Positions 10,901 through 21,794 of a stretch of 32,000 bases of DNA are shown here, piece after piece. Numbering within the stretch: the first letter of the stretch is position 1; every line of letters starts with the position of its first letter. The DNA comes from Wallemia ichthyophaga EXF-994 (taxonomy: Eukaryota > Fungi > Basidiomycota). The stretch covers positions 390,001-422,000 of the forward strand of contig NW_008806283.1 in NCBI RefSeq assembly GCF_000400465.1, given 5' to 3'. The position numbers and the translations under genes were made by a program. The notes beneath the pieces are model-generated. The model did not search any database and was not told the DNA's origin. It was given only the letters and a program-made list of their open reading frames with translations.

Positions 10901-11702
10901 GCCACGCTCATCAGTAAAAAAATTGGTGATTGATCGCAAACCTATACCAGATTCACCAAGCGCGGCAGCGTCAGGATCGCCTAATAGTCTCGCGCAGAGC
11001 AAGACGGGTGCAAAAGTCAGCTTCAATCCGCATCTTGAAAAAGCAGCACAAGACAGCCATAGCGTTGGCCTCGGCGATAGTATATCATCAACACCTCACG
11101 AAAATACACCACTGAAGACATCAAATACTTCACAATTCGTTAAGTCTACTACACCAACAGCCAGCCCACCACCATCAACAAATACACTCGGGTCATCAGT
11201 CGTCAGCGTAGAAGCATCACCGCAGATTGAGGAAGGCCACTACTACTCAATACCAAGTGTAGATGAACTAAACAAATACAGCTACAGGGAGCTGAAATCA
11301 GTAGAGGGATTGAAGGTCGGCCGAAAAGGATACGGTGAAATACACTTCCTTGAACCAGTCGATCTGACGACACTGGATGGATTGAATGAACTGACGGATG
11401 GACAACTCGTTGTATTTGAGAGCAGAGTGGCTTACGTGTATCCAGATGGAGTCGAAGAAGGCGAGGATAATCCAGAAAATGCACCACTCAAGCCAGCACC
11501 TGGACGTGGACTGAATGTAGCGGCTGAAATAGAATTAGAGGGCTGTTGGCCAAAAGACAAGGCGACTGGAGAGTATATTAAGGACGACTCGCATCCCAAG
11601 ACATTGTCGCATCTCAACAGATTAAAGAAAGTTTCTGGTACGACGTTTGTTAGCTACGAAAGCAGAATTGGTAGATGGGTATTCCAAGTGCCTGGATTCT
11701 GA
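7980..11702 (+). CDS. NUP98: GLFG nucleoporin of Nup98/Nup100/Nup116/Nup145N type, ~1130 aa. Exons 7980-7981, 8028-8200, 8250-8375, 8422-8559, 8613-9131, 9179-9346, 9391-9513, 9559-11702
   Basis: Many FG/GLFG repeats, GLEBS-like FSFEELRMMDYERG, SVDQSPYGANPLF, PRSSVKKLVID and a C-terminal autoproteolytic-type domain (VGRKGYGEIHFLEPVDLT..GLN..CWPKDK..GRWVFQV). Seven GT-AG introns of 44-53 nt; exon total 3393 nt = 1131 codons. Confidence 0.9.
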
Positions 11703-11776
11703 GAAAATAAAGTACTTAAAATTAATTTTTCCTGTTTTGCATTACGAGGAGGGGGTGTGAGCGTACCATCATATCA

Positions 11777-13151
11777 ATGCACGAGCGGCGTTTGAGCAAT
11801 ATGCTGCCTATGCATCGAGGATATACCACACACAATAAGAATAAGCCGAGTAGAGATGATAAGACTTCAGGAGACAGTAAACTCAAATGGAGGAATAGGA
11901 GGGTGGGGCGAGTAGCGCGAGTGGGGATGAAACTAATGCTAGTGGGTCTCGCACTCGGAGCAATATTATTCTTCTGGAGGTATGAGCTGCATATCGAGTT
12001 GGCCAAGTATAGGAGGGGCTGGGTGAAGACAACGATCAAGCAAACGGAACCGCTTGGCGGCTGCTTTGCGAGAGCGAGCGAGGATTACGAGTTGCGCCAA
12101 ATAACATCACCTAAATACAACCAGCTCCAATCTGGTTTATCTTACAAGCATGGTTTTGATTGCTACGGACACAGCAGACTGGTTCAGATGCAAGACGGTC
12201 AAGGTAAGGTGCGCTCGACTATTCATCTCTATTGGAGATCAGACATCGCTCCTCTCGGCTACAGAGAGAAAGTGCTTCTAGACTCCATTTTAGCTACCCA
12301 GGATCTTGATTTCGTTGATATTAAGCTATGGAGTAATGGCGATCTCCAACGCTTTAATGAGGAGTTCCTTGAACAGTATCTGCACGATTTTCCTCATCAC
12401 TTTAGTGTTGGTAATGTTGATCTCCATGGCTTGGCTAAGGGCACACCGCTCGAAGCGAGCGACAGACTGAATCTCAACGATCAGCGCGCTTGGCTGGATG
12501 GAGATGTTGTAAGGATACTGCTTTTGTGGAACTACGGTGGTGTCTGGGTCGACATGGATAGTATCCTCACGAGGGATCTTCAGCCACTGCTTGAGCACGA
12601 GTTTGTCACTCAATGGGATTGCTATGGTGGGCTTGATGTGCGTAGTTGTTAACTAAGCTAACCTCAAACACTAAGACAAACCTTACTCACCTTTGAACGG
12701 CGCAATGATGCATTTCAAAAAACACTCGCCATATCTCTGCGAAATGATGCACATAATGCAGTACGACCCAGAACCTCGCCAGGGATCGACAGACTGGGGA
12801 GCGCTGCTCTACCACAAGACACACCGTCGATTGTTAAACAACGATCCACCAATCAAGCCATTTGAAATATTGCCATACTGCTTCACTGATGGCAGGAGCT
12901 GCAGACTTGATAACAGGATATTGGATCCTTTTGAGAAGGACCCAAGTTATACTGACCTTCACTGGTTGCAGTTCAGAGAGAGGCTTTCGTCAATATTCGC
13001 TATACATCTACACGGCCAATACAGCAAAAAGATACCAGAAGATGGTTGGATGCAACGTGAAGTGATTGAGAATCACAGGCGCAAGATAACTAAGATTATT
13101 CCGCTAATGACATACCCTAAAACTGATACATTCAACAACTCGAACCTATAG
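11777..13151 (+). CDS. DXD-motif type II membrane glycosyltransferase (GT32-like), ~441 aa. Exons 11777-12626, 12676-13151
   Basis: N-terminal TM segment LMLVGLALGAILFFW, RILLLWNYGGVWVDMDSIL (DXD). Intron 12627-12675 gives QWDCYDKPYSPLNGAMMHF. Confidence 0.8.
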
Positions 13152-13199
13152 AATTGCTTAAATAGTGATGTTAATATAGTGTACATGGAAATTCTATAA

Positions 13200-15352
13200 T
13201 CAACGGCGGTTTCTAGATGTTGCTCCGGGCTGTTGTTGAGCTTTTGCAGCGATGGGCTCAGCGCCACTGTCTCTGATCATGGCCTCAATTTCTCGTAATA
13301 TCGGCTTGTGTTCTTCGTACTTGTCTTCTGCGAGCGTGAAGGCAACTCCTCGCAATTCCTTGGCATTCGCTTCTGGCATTTTCCGCGATGCTGCCTCCAC
13401 CCACATATCTTTGGTACGCTCGAAGAACTGGCGAAGCGTTTCACCAGGTTGTGGGAGACTTTCATCTTCAGTGTGGGTGTTTTCAGAAGGTGCGTCTTGT
13501 GCGGTTGTGTAATGGATTTGCAGCTTTTCTTGCACCTCCTCGCCATTCACTTGCTCGTCATCATCACCCTCATTTTCACTTCCCTCATCGTCGTCGTCAT
13601 CCTCGTCATCATCGTCATCCTGCTCATCTTCGATACCAACGACGTGGCACTCTTGAATGCACTTGAATCTATCCAGCTTATCGAGCGCAAGGGAGTGCAT
13701 GTCATCGAGAGTGAATTCCTGTGTCCCCTGTTCGAAAATACCACCGAATCTAGCACAGTTAGGTGTGTTTTGAGAAAGAAGTGAAACACCCACATGTAGA
13801 GAGTATTGCGAAGGATAGCCAACATGGCATTATACCGTGGCATGGGGGTGGTTTTTTGTGGATCATCTGTATCTGCATCTGTATCTATATTTGCACCTGT
13901 ACCTTGCTCATCTTCACTTTCACTCCCGTCTGGATGATTATCACTATCATCCTGCGCAGTAGCCTTAGCGGCCTTAGCAGCCTTCTTCTTGGCAGACTTT
14001 TTCTTCGCGCCTGCTTTTTTGGGTTTGCGGAGGTTGAGCGACTGCCATTTCCCTCCGCCTGGGAGATTATAGCCGAAACTAGTGTGCGTGAGATGGGGTA
14101 TATGCACAAGTCCACACTACGCACAGGTCATTGTGGAAAATAGATTGCAGCGATTCCTCAGAATCATCTATGTCAGACACACCACCGAAAAGAACACCCA
14201 TACTTTTGGCAGGCCAGTAGGTCATAGTTGCGCCTGATCGGAGGCTGTTTGTGTGAGTGTGTTGATAGCAAACCAGACGAGCAAGACATACCTTGGAACA
14301 TAACCAACTTTCTTGCGACGGTCCCATTTGAAAGACGTGATGTTGTGCTCGTCGTTAGTTATTTTTAACGCATAGCAGTCGTCGAGTGATTTAGCCACTG
14401 GACGTTTGCCTTTCTCGTATGTCTTGCAGAAGCCTGTTTATAGAGGAATAGGAGAAATTGGAATAAGACGAGCATGCTAAATTGAAACCAACCTACCTCC
14501 ATAAACCACAACTTCATTCTGCTCAGGACACGACAACAAGGAGAAACCAGACCTAGGACAAGGCTTGCGTTCGAGAGGGGACAAGTCGATCTTGCGCCAT
14601 TTGAAATCATCCATCGAGAATACCCAGAGGTCGTCTAGATACGTGGTTCTGACGCCTGTATCGTGGAAGCCCTGGGGAGGGTGATTAAGTTGGTGTTATT
14701 GGGGCAACGCGACACCTCAACTCACCCCGAAGATAATGATAAGGTTTTTGAACACAGTCATACGATGACCGGAGCGCGCAGATGGTCTAATCTTAGTATC
14801 AATCCTATCCCATTCTTTGGTTGTGATATCGAAGCACCAGAAGTCGGAGAAATGATAGAAAGTGGAGTGACCAGCAAACTCACCACCGAATAGCCACAAT
14901 TTACCACCACCTTGAGCAGTAAATACGGTCTGGTGGGCCGAGCGGGGTGCTGGAGCGTTCTTGCTCTTATATTCCCTCCACTCACCGGAATCGCCTTTAG
15001 CTGGATCGAAGCGGTAAACGTTGTGGTAGGTGTGGAGACGATGACCATCGTAGTAGTCGCCACCGATAAGCCACAGATGGGCATTTGAGGGGTCTGGAGT
15101 GAGAGTGCCGTTCGCTCGTCTACTTGGAGGGTTTTGAAGGATTTCTTCAGTGACTTGAGTATTTTCCTGTGTATCTCTTTGGAATTGCTCGAGAATTGCT
15201 TCCAAGTCCTCTTCATCGTCGTCGTTGTGCTTCTTTGCTTTCTTGTCTTTCTGCTTCTCGGCGGATTTAGCAGCCTTGTCCTTCTTTGCTGCTTTGGCTG
15301 TTGCCTTGGACGAAGCCTTTGAGTCTGAAGACTTCTTCTCTTTTTTGGGCAT
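13200..15352 (-). CDS. KEL3: Kelch-repeat protein Kel3/KLHDC4 with C-terminal DUF4110-like domain, ~632 aa. Exons 15352-14726, 14671-14497, 14433-14292, 14244-14125, 14078-13794, 13749-13200
   Basis: Lys-rich N-terminus, Kelch blades (PSRRANGTL, PAPRSAH..LWLFGGEF, PSARSGHRM..IFGGFHD, PCPRSG, PSLRSG, PMPRYNAML..YIFGG), acidic tract, PQPGETLRQFFERT. Five introns of 44-63 nt keep the frame (1899 nt). Confidence 0.88.
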
Positions 15353-15379
15353 CTTGGTTGCTAGCGGTGAACAAGCGAA

Positions 15380-16678
15380 ATGTTCAGTTCGTTATTCAGG
15401 AGGGTGAGCGTGGTGATCTTATGCGTGCCACTCCCGCTCACACATCCCACAGAAAAACAAACACACGGACTTCGAAAGCACGCTGAATGGCCTATCGAGC
15501 GACGTTATTGAACATCAAGCCAACTTGGCTGATATCAGAATACGCGAGCGACGTGCAACGCTATGGATAACTACCTGCCTCATGCTCTTCTGGGCCACAT
15601 ATGTAGCTCTCTGGTATTTTGGAATCGTCGACTGGCTAATTTCAGTGGATGGAAGTGGTTTGAGTGGTTTATACAAATTAATAGCGTGGAGCGGTGTAGT
15701 AGTTGGTCCAATTATGTAGGTCTGAGTGATATCCTGCGCTGCACCTTACTCAAACAATCCCCAGGATGCTGTTCGCTAGACGCATCGCTAAAAGCTGGTA
15801 TACGCGTATTGGATCACGGGAGGGTGAGAATGGAGTGTACACATCCCTTCATTCTATCTAACACACCCTCTTTTCTAGAAATCAGACTGCGCGACTTGCA
15901 CACTTCACTCGTCAAAACACTCGAAGAGGTAAAGGTTAAGGCACCCTACAACGAGGCTAGAAGTCTCCTCGAAAGGTATGGCCCTACGGTGGGCATGACA
16001 CCTCACGACGTTGCTCCTCTCACCCCCCAGAGCACACCAATGAAAGCAAAACACGCAACGACACCAATACCCAGGACAAAAGAGCTGCCACAGACGCCAA
16101 CTGCAGGCAGTGTAGGTACTTTAAACACTGTAAACACTGCAGGTCCAGCCACCCCAGCCACCCCACGCTCACCGCAAACACCAATAAGAACCCAGCAAAC
16201 GCAGCTAAACCCACAAACACCCACATCAGCTGACAACTTGCATACGCAAACGTCACCAGCACGACAAAGAAGTTGGTACGATAGACTAGCAGATGCAATC
16301 CTAGGCGATGATCCTAGCAATTTGAGTGGAGACGTGAGTCAGAAGTACGCGCTGATTTGCGAAAAGTGCGCAAAGCATAACGGCTTAGTGCCCAGAGAGC
16401 AATATATGGAGTTGCGATGGGAGTGCAGATTCTGCCAGCATATGAATCTACCCCCACGGAGAAAAGCGGTGGCTAGAACGGCATTACAGGGTGATGGTGG
16501 TGGTAGTGGCGGTAGTGGTAGTAGTACACATAATACACACAAGCCAAGTCCGCTAAGCCAGGTGAATCAGGAGGAGAAAGAGAAAGCTGAGCAGGAGAAG
16601 GACGAAAAAAAGGAAGAAAAGACAGAGCAGCTTCCAGCGCAGTCAAATCCAAAACCAATGCCAAAATCAAAGTCATAA
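15380..16678 (+). CDS. LNP1: Lunapark (ER three-way junction protein), ~381 aa. Exons 15380-15403, 15453-15715, 15765-15823, 15879-16678
   Basis: MFSSLFRRKNKHTDFESTL start, two TM helices, Pro/Thr-rich linker, WYDRLADAILGDDP and zinc ribbon YALICEKCAKHNGL..WECRFCQHMN. Three introns (49, 49, 55 nt) keep the frame (1146 nt). Confidence 0.88.
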
Positions 16679-16714
16679 ATGAACTGTCCTGTATAAGTTA
16701 TTGAGATATCATAA

Positions 16715-17220
16715 TTACGCTAAGAAAAGAGCTGAGAGTGCAGCAGAGGCTAGGAGGATTCCAATGCTGAGTGTATATGAGAAAGCAGAAGAAGCTGCGA
16801 TGTAGTCTTCACCCGGACCTGCATTCTTCATTCCAGAGCCGGGAGAAGGAGCTGGACGTGCTGGTGGTGTGAAATGTTAGTGGTAGTAGCATTAGCATCT
16901 GCATAGCGTAACCCACCAGCAGCTGATTTAGCTTCGTCGGAGAGGGATTCCGTCGCGGAAGGGGTGGCTGAGCCCGTGGAGGTGGAACTGTCGCTGGCTG
17001 TGTTGCTGCTGTTGGTGGTGCTTGTGGCGGTGTCGCTGTTGCTGTTGCTGTTGTTGTCGTTGTCATTGTTGTTCTCGTCGCCGTTGTTATCGCCATTGCT
17101 ATCGTCGTTATCACCACCATTATCCCCCCCAGTATCACCCCCATTATCCCCGTTGTTATCCTGTGCTGCTACCAAGACTAATAAAGCCAGCAGCAGCGCT
17201 AGAAGCAGCGTGAATCGCAT
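16715..17220 (-). CDS. Small secreted, probably GPI-anchored, Asp/Asn/Gly- and Ser/Thr-rich protein, ~149 aa. Exons 17220-16917, 16860-16715
   Basis: Signal peptide MRFTLLLALLLALLVLVAA. Intron 16916-16861 (GTGGGT..CTAAC..CAG) yields a C-terminus ..YIAASSAFSYTLSIGILLASAALSALFLA-stop, typical of a GPI signal. Confidence 0.8.
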
Positions 17221-17498
17221 GAGTTGGGTGGTGGCTGTCGATAAGGAAAAGGAAGATGCGGCGTAGCGTGGGCGTGCAGACAGCGCAGGCGAATGAAAGC
17301 CATAATCGCCATCACAGCACCAACAGACATGGCTTAATATATAAATATTACATGCTGTTAGGCGTTTAACTTGAGCTGGGTGTATCGACACGGTCTGACA
17401 TGACGAGTGTCGAATATACATTATTTAAATCACAGCAGCCAGAGCAGCAAAGAGCTGCTACACTTGAAAAGCCCCGACTTGCACGTTGTTCGAGGACA

Positions 17499-18421
17499 AT
17501 GACGACGCCGATACTCAAACTGCCGAATGAGCTGCTGATAGAGATATTACGCCAAGTGCCCAGACTAGCGTATGCCAGCAAGCGTCTCTATCCGCTCGGG
17601 TACACCTTCAACGCGTTGTCGATAGTGGGGCCCGGTGGATGCGACAGGAACGGTTTCGACAGCCGTCGCCATGCCCTACACGCGTATAAGCGATTCTCGA
17701 AATACCTCACCAGTCTCAGTCTGATTCCTTCGGCAGCTGAGTCAGTCAAGTGGGTCCGAAAGATACCGATGCCGATGACAAACATTCACAACAACGCCAG
17801 GAAGATCGCCATAGGGATGGGTAAATGCAGGACGAGGCTGAGACCTCCTCGTTACGGTCGCACGGCTTACCACACGCATATCGATGGCTGTCTCAGCAGG
17901 CTGTGTGGGTTGTAGCAAGTCACCTTGGGTGGCCTTCACCTACTGACTTGGAGAGAATCTCACTTAGCTCGACAGTCACAGATATCACTGTCACCCTCAA
18001 GAAACCTTTGAGTCGGTGGTGTGGTGTCCTGCAGACTCTACTGCATATCGCACCCGCTGCCATCAATATTCGCATCTACTTTCTGGCCGCGAGTGTAGAA
18101 GATTACATACTCGCAGCGCATGAGAACGTGGAGATAGTAAATAACGACGACAGAGACAGCCCACGTCTGGAGAGAGTAATATTCATAGTTATCCCGGCTA
18201 TGAAGAAGCCAAATACGAATGGGGAATACAAGGGATTGGAATACCCAACTGAATATGAGGATATGATCGAATCTTGCATTGTTTTTGACAAGGTGGATAG
18301 CGGTAGATTGGAGAAAAGGCTATGTGCAACGCATACCATCTACACGCTCGCTGATAGCTATGGCTTTGAGAGGTGCTTGTGTTGCGTGCAGGATGGACTG
18401 GAGGGTATGGTTGTTGTTTAG
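17499..18421 (+). CDS. F-box-like hypothetical protein; coding in two frames, junction between ~17750 and ~17980 unresolved (intron or frameshift)
   Basis: MTTPILKLPNELLIEILRQV resembles an F-box N-terminus; the second frame 17825-18421 is open for 198 codons. An upstream in-frame ATG exists at 17400. Confidence 0.45.
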
Positions 18422-18576
18422 CCCTCAAAGCAAGACAAGATGAATATTCTACTTGATCTATTACTCCTTGGCTCCATCGCAAGTGATTTGTGTGCTATAT
18501 GTGCTATTCGTGCTGTTTGTGTCATCCCCTGTGCCATTTCTCTTCTCTACTATCACCACCAAAATAAACCAAGAAG

Positions 18577-20197
18577 ATGGCTGAGAATGCAAGCCACAGC
18601 CAGGAGATAGAAGCGGGCGAGGAGAGTGGTATAGCGGAGCCCGACCAGGACCAGGAGCGGTCAAAGGAGCCGACGACAGAGCGAGATCAGAAGGCAGAGC
18701 ACACACAGCACGCAGCAGACAATGATAGCATCAGCAATACCACCAACGACAGCACCAGTAATACCACGAACGGCACCACCACCACGACGACCACCACAAC
18801 GAATGCCGCCTTGCAAGCGCAACTGTCCGCTCTTCAAAGCGACAAGAACAAGCTCGAAGCACAATACCGGAGTCTATTAGGCAAGTTATCGAGTATGCGC
18901 GATACGCTCGGGTCGAAGCTCCAAGAAGACGCCGAGGAGCTAGACCGGCGCGAGGCACAGATAGCGGAGCTGCAGACGGGGCTAAATGTGGAGCAAGAGC
19001 GAGCGTCAACAGCTGAGCGGCAGCTGCGGGAGGAAGAGGACCGCAGTGCCGGTCTAGCGAGTGAAGTGGGAGTATTGCGCTCGCGTATCTCCTCTGCGGA
19101 CAGAACGGCTCAGGAGGCGGCAGAGGCGGGCGCCCATGAGTCTGCTTCCCTTCACCGGAGACTACGCGAGATGGAGGCTCATCTCGATCGCACTAAGGCT
19201 GAGAAAGAACATTGGCAAGCTCTCGCTGATGAGGAGCACTTCAGAGCTGAGCAAGCAGAAGAGGCAGGCAGTGAGGCTCACCTGCTCCTCGACTCGCGCA
19301 CGAAGGAGTTGGACGCGGCGGGCGTTAAACTCGCTGATTGCTCAGCAGCTCAAAGGAACGTTGAAGGTCTCCTTAGTGAGGCGCAGATGGGTGCGTTGAT
19401 GTTTGAATAGAATTCGTCTTGCTCACCTCATCATCCCCCTCAAAGCTAATCAGAAGGAGTTTGACGAGATGAAACATCACTATGAGGCTCAGATACGTGG
19501 ATTAATGGAGAAGAGTGAAGATGACGCGCGACAAGCGGCAGATGCCAAGGTGAATAGCGCGGTTAAGGCTACGTTTCCCTATCTAACACTAAACACAACA
19601 TACAGGCCAGTTTAGAGATATTCAGACAAGACGCTGAGCGGACACCTGGGCTGGAGCAGGAGAGCAAAGAGAAGACGCTTCTAATAGGGAAAGTGAGGCA
19701 TGAGGGTGAGTATTTAATTACGAAGAGGCAGCTCTTGCTAACCAACTCCAGCTGTCATTCTCAATGAACATCTCACAGAAGCACTGAAGAGACTGAAAGA
19801 ATACAACACGTCAGACAGCGTGGATCGCCAACTAATATCGAACATCCTCCTCCAGTTCGTCACAACGCCGAGAAGCGACGGGAAGCGATTTGAGATGCTC
19901 ACTTTGCTCGGGTCGATACTGAATTGGAATCAGTATGAGAGAGAGCAAGCGGGAATTGTCAGAGGTGGTAGTGGAAGGTATAACAACCCATCTCTACCGA
20001 GCTCACCGTCATCGAGCTACTTGAATAGCGCTTTTCGCAGCCCCGCGAACCACGATAACGCTTCGTTCGGCCAGCTGTTTGTAGAGTTCCTGCTGAATGA
20101 GGCGGGTGATGCACACGAAGAGACAGAGAAAGAAGAAAAGGATATAGGAAAACGTCCAAGAGGATCAAGTCATGTAGAGCGAAGAGAGAATGAATAA
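18577..20197 (+). CDS. RUD3: Golgi coiled-coil protein with GRAB domain (Rud3/GMAP-210 family), ~487 aa. Exons 18577-19390, 19446-19549, 19606-19705, 19752-20197
   Basis: Long coiled coil, then TLLIGKVRHEAVILNEHLTEAL and VDRQLISNILLQFVTTPRSDGKRFEMLTLLGSILNW. Three introns (55, 56, 46 nt) keep the frame (1464 nt). Confidence 0.85.
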
Positions 20198-20275
20198 AAG
20201 AAAAGGGAATTGTGCGTGTATTTGAGTGTGTTTAGTGAGATTAAATAATCCTCTGCCCCTTACAACACCACCATC

Positions 20276-21079
20276 ATGGCACTCACGCTGAATACACCGT
20301 CACTGTACATCGACGACCAAATCAGAGACTGGGTGTTATTTCCAATTACGCTGGTAATGATATTAGTCGGGCTGCTGAGGCATTATGTGGTGCAGCTGCT
20401 AGGCGGGAAGGGGAAGAAGCAAGAAGTGAAGGGAATAAGGGAGCAGCGTGCTCTGATGCGCTCAGCGATGCTGCGTAAGAATGGTGGAGTTCTTACGCCT
20501 ACAGCCTTCTTCAAGCGCAAGCAGTTTCTTATAGAAGCGTTTAAACAGGGCAGCTATCTCAAGCAGGCACCACCGAAAGACGGCGAACAGCAACACCCAC
20601 CAAACCCATTAAACGACCCAGAACAGATGGACAGCATGATGGATGGAATGAAAAAGCAGATGGTTATGTTCATTCCTCAAACAGTAATTATGGGCTGGAT
20701 AAACTCATTTTTCAGCGGATTTATACTGATTAAGCTGCCATTCCCATTGACTAGAGGGTTCAAGAGTATGTTGCAGAGGGGAATAATGACAGATGATATG
20801 CCTGCTAGCTATGTGAGCAGTATCAGCTGGTACTTTCTCAATTTATTCGGGTTAAATAGCGTATTGAGGTTGATACTAGGCGAGGGGAACCACGCAGATG
20901 GAGTTAGAGATATGCAGACAGCTGCTCAGCTCGCAGGGACTTCGAGCCAGCCGAATCCGATGCAGAACCAGGATATGAACAAGGTGTTCAAGGCGGAGAT
21001 AGATAATCTCGAGCTATGTGAGCCTAAATTTATGATGAGTGGTGTAGGAAATAGAGTGCTAGAAAAGTATAATGGATAG
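20276..21079 (+). CDS. EMC3: ER membrane protein complex subunit 3, 267 aa, intronless
   Basis: IDDQIRDWVLFPITLVMILVGLLRHYV, GWINSFFSGFILIKLPFPLT.GFKSMLQRG, VSSISWYFLNLFGL. Confidence 0.93.
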   Translation: MALTLNTPSLYIDDQIRDWVLFPITLVMILVGLLRHYVVQLLGGKGKKQEVKGIREQRALMRSAMLRKNGGVLTPTAFFKRKQFLIEAFKQGSYLKQAPPKDGEQQHPPNPLNDPEQMDSMMDGMKKQMVMFIPQTVIMGWINSFFSGFILIKLPFPLTRGFKSMLQRGIMTDDMPASYVSSISWYFLNLFGLNSVLRLILGEGNHADGVRDMQTAAQLAGTSSQPNPMQNQDMNKVFKAEIDNLELCEPKFMMSGVGNRVLEKYNG

Positions 21080-21126
21080 TATTCATTGGGATTTGTTGCA
21101 AGTTTGTAGGTTGATTTGGGTGTGTC

Positions 21127-21660
21127 ATGGCAGAGTCAGCAGATAAAGTGGGCCAAGTGGAGCAAGTGGAGCAGCCATCGGAGCCATTGCAGCCAGAACA
21201 AGCATACACACACACACAGCTACAGCAACACACTCAACAACCCCCTAAACCCAGAAGAAATCTCAGAAAAACTAAAGAAGAAGACAGCGGAGGTATCGAC
21301 AAGTTTGAGCTACCAAAAAGCACAGTCACGAAGCTAGCTAAAGAGGGAGTGCCGGATGGTGCCAAATTTCAGAAAGACACGCTACTAGCTATACAAAAGA
21401 GTAGCTCCGTCTTTATAAACTGGCTGGCTTCGTCGGCACAGGAGAAGGCACACGATAAGAAGAACAAGACTATAAACGCAGAGAATGTTTTTGCGGCTGT
21501 CAAGGAGATGGAATTGGGTGGTGAGCTGGATGAGTTGCTTAACGATGAGTTGGCAGCGTACAGGGAGATACAAAGCACAGGCAGGAAGAAAGATAATGAG
21601 CAAGAAGAGCAAGATGTACAAGATACAAACGAATTTGATCCTAGTGTAATTGAAGAATAA
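21127..21660 (+). CDS. DPB4: Histone-fold subunit Dpb4/POLE3 (DNA polymerase epsilon / CHRAC), 177 aa
   Basis: FELPKSTVTKLAK..FQKDTLLAIQKSSSVFINWL..KTINAENVFAAVKEMEL, an H2B-like (NF-YB class) fold. Confidence 0.82.
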   Translation: MAESADKVGQVEQVEQPSEPLQPEQAYTHTQLQQHTQQPPKPRRNLRKTKEEDSGGIDKFELPKSTVTKLAKEGVPDGAKFQKDTLLAIQKSSSVFINWLASSAQEKAHDKKNKTINAENVFAAVKEMELGGELDELLNDELAAYREIQSTGRKKDNEQEEQDVQDTNEFDPSVIEE

Positions 21661-21794
21661 TCTTTATATTTTATATTTGAATTGGCATGAATCCCATTTG
21701 AATTATCCGTGCGTGCCCCTTGTACAGTCACATACCGAATAAAAAAGTGAGTCTTGTATGCGCGTGTCAAAGCCCTCTTTAAACCACTCCAGTG

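Noticed and set aside
9887-11026. Pro-rich minus-strand ORFs opposite the nucleoporin
   Set aside because: Antisense shadows of Gly/Ser-rich codons.
13308-13784. Hydrophobic 158-aa plus-strand ORF resembling a membrane protein
   Set aside because: Antisense of the Asp/Glu tract of KEL3 (GAT/GAC reverse-complement to Ile/Val).
16964-17266. Leu/Ser-rich plus-strand ORF
   Set aside because: Antisense of the Asp/Asn repeat in the GPI-type gene.
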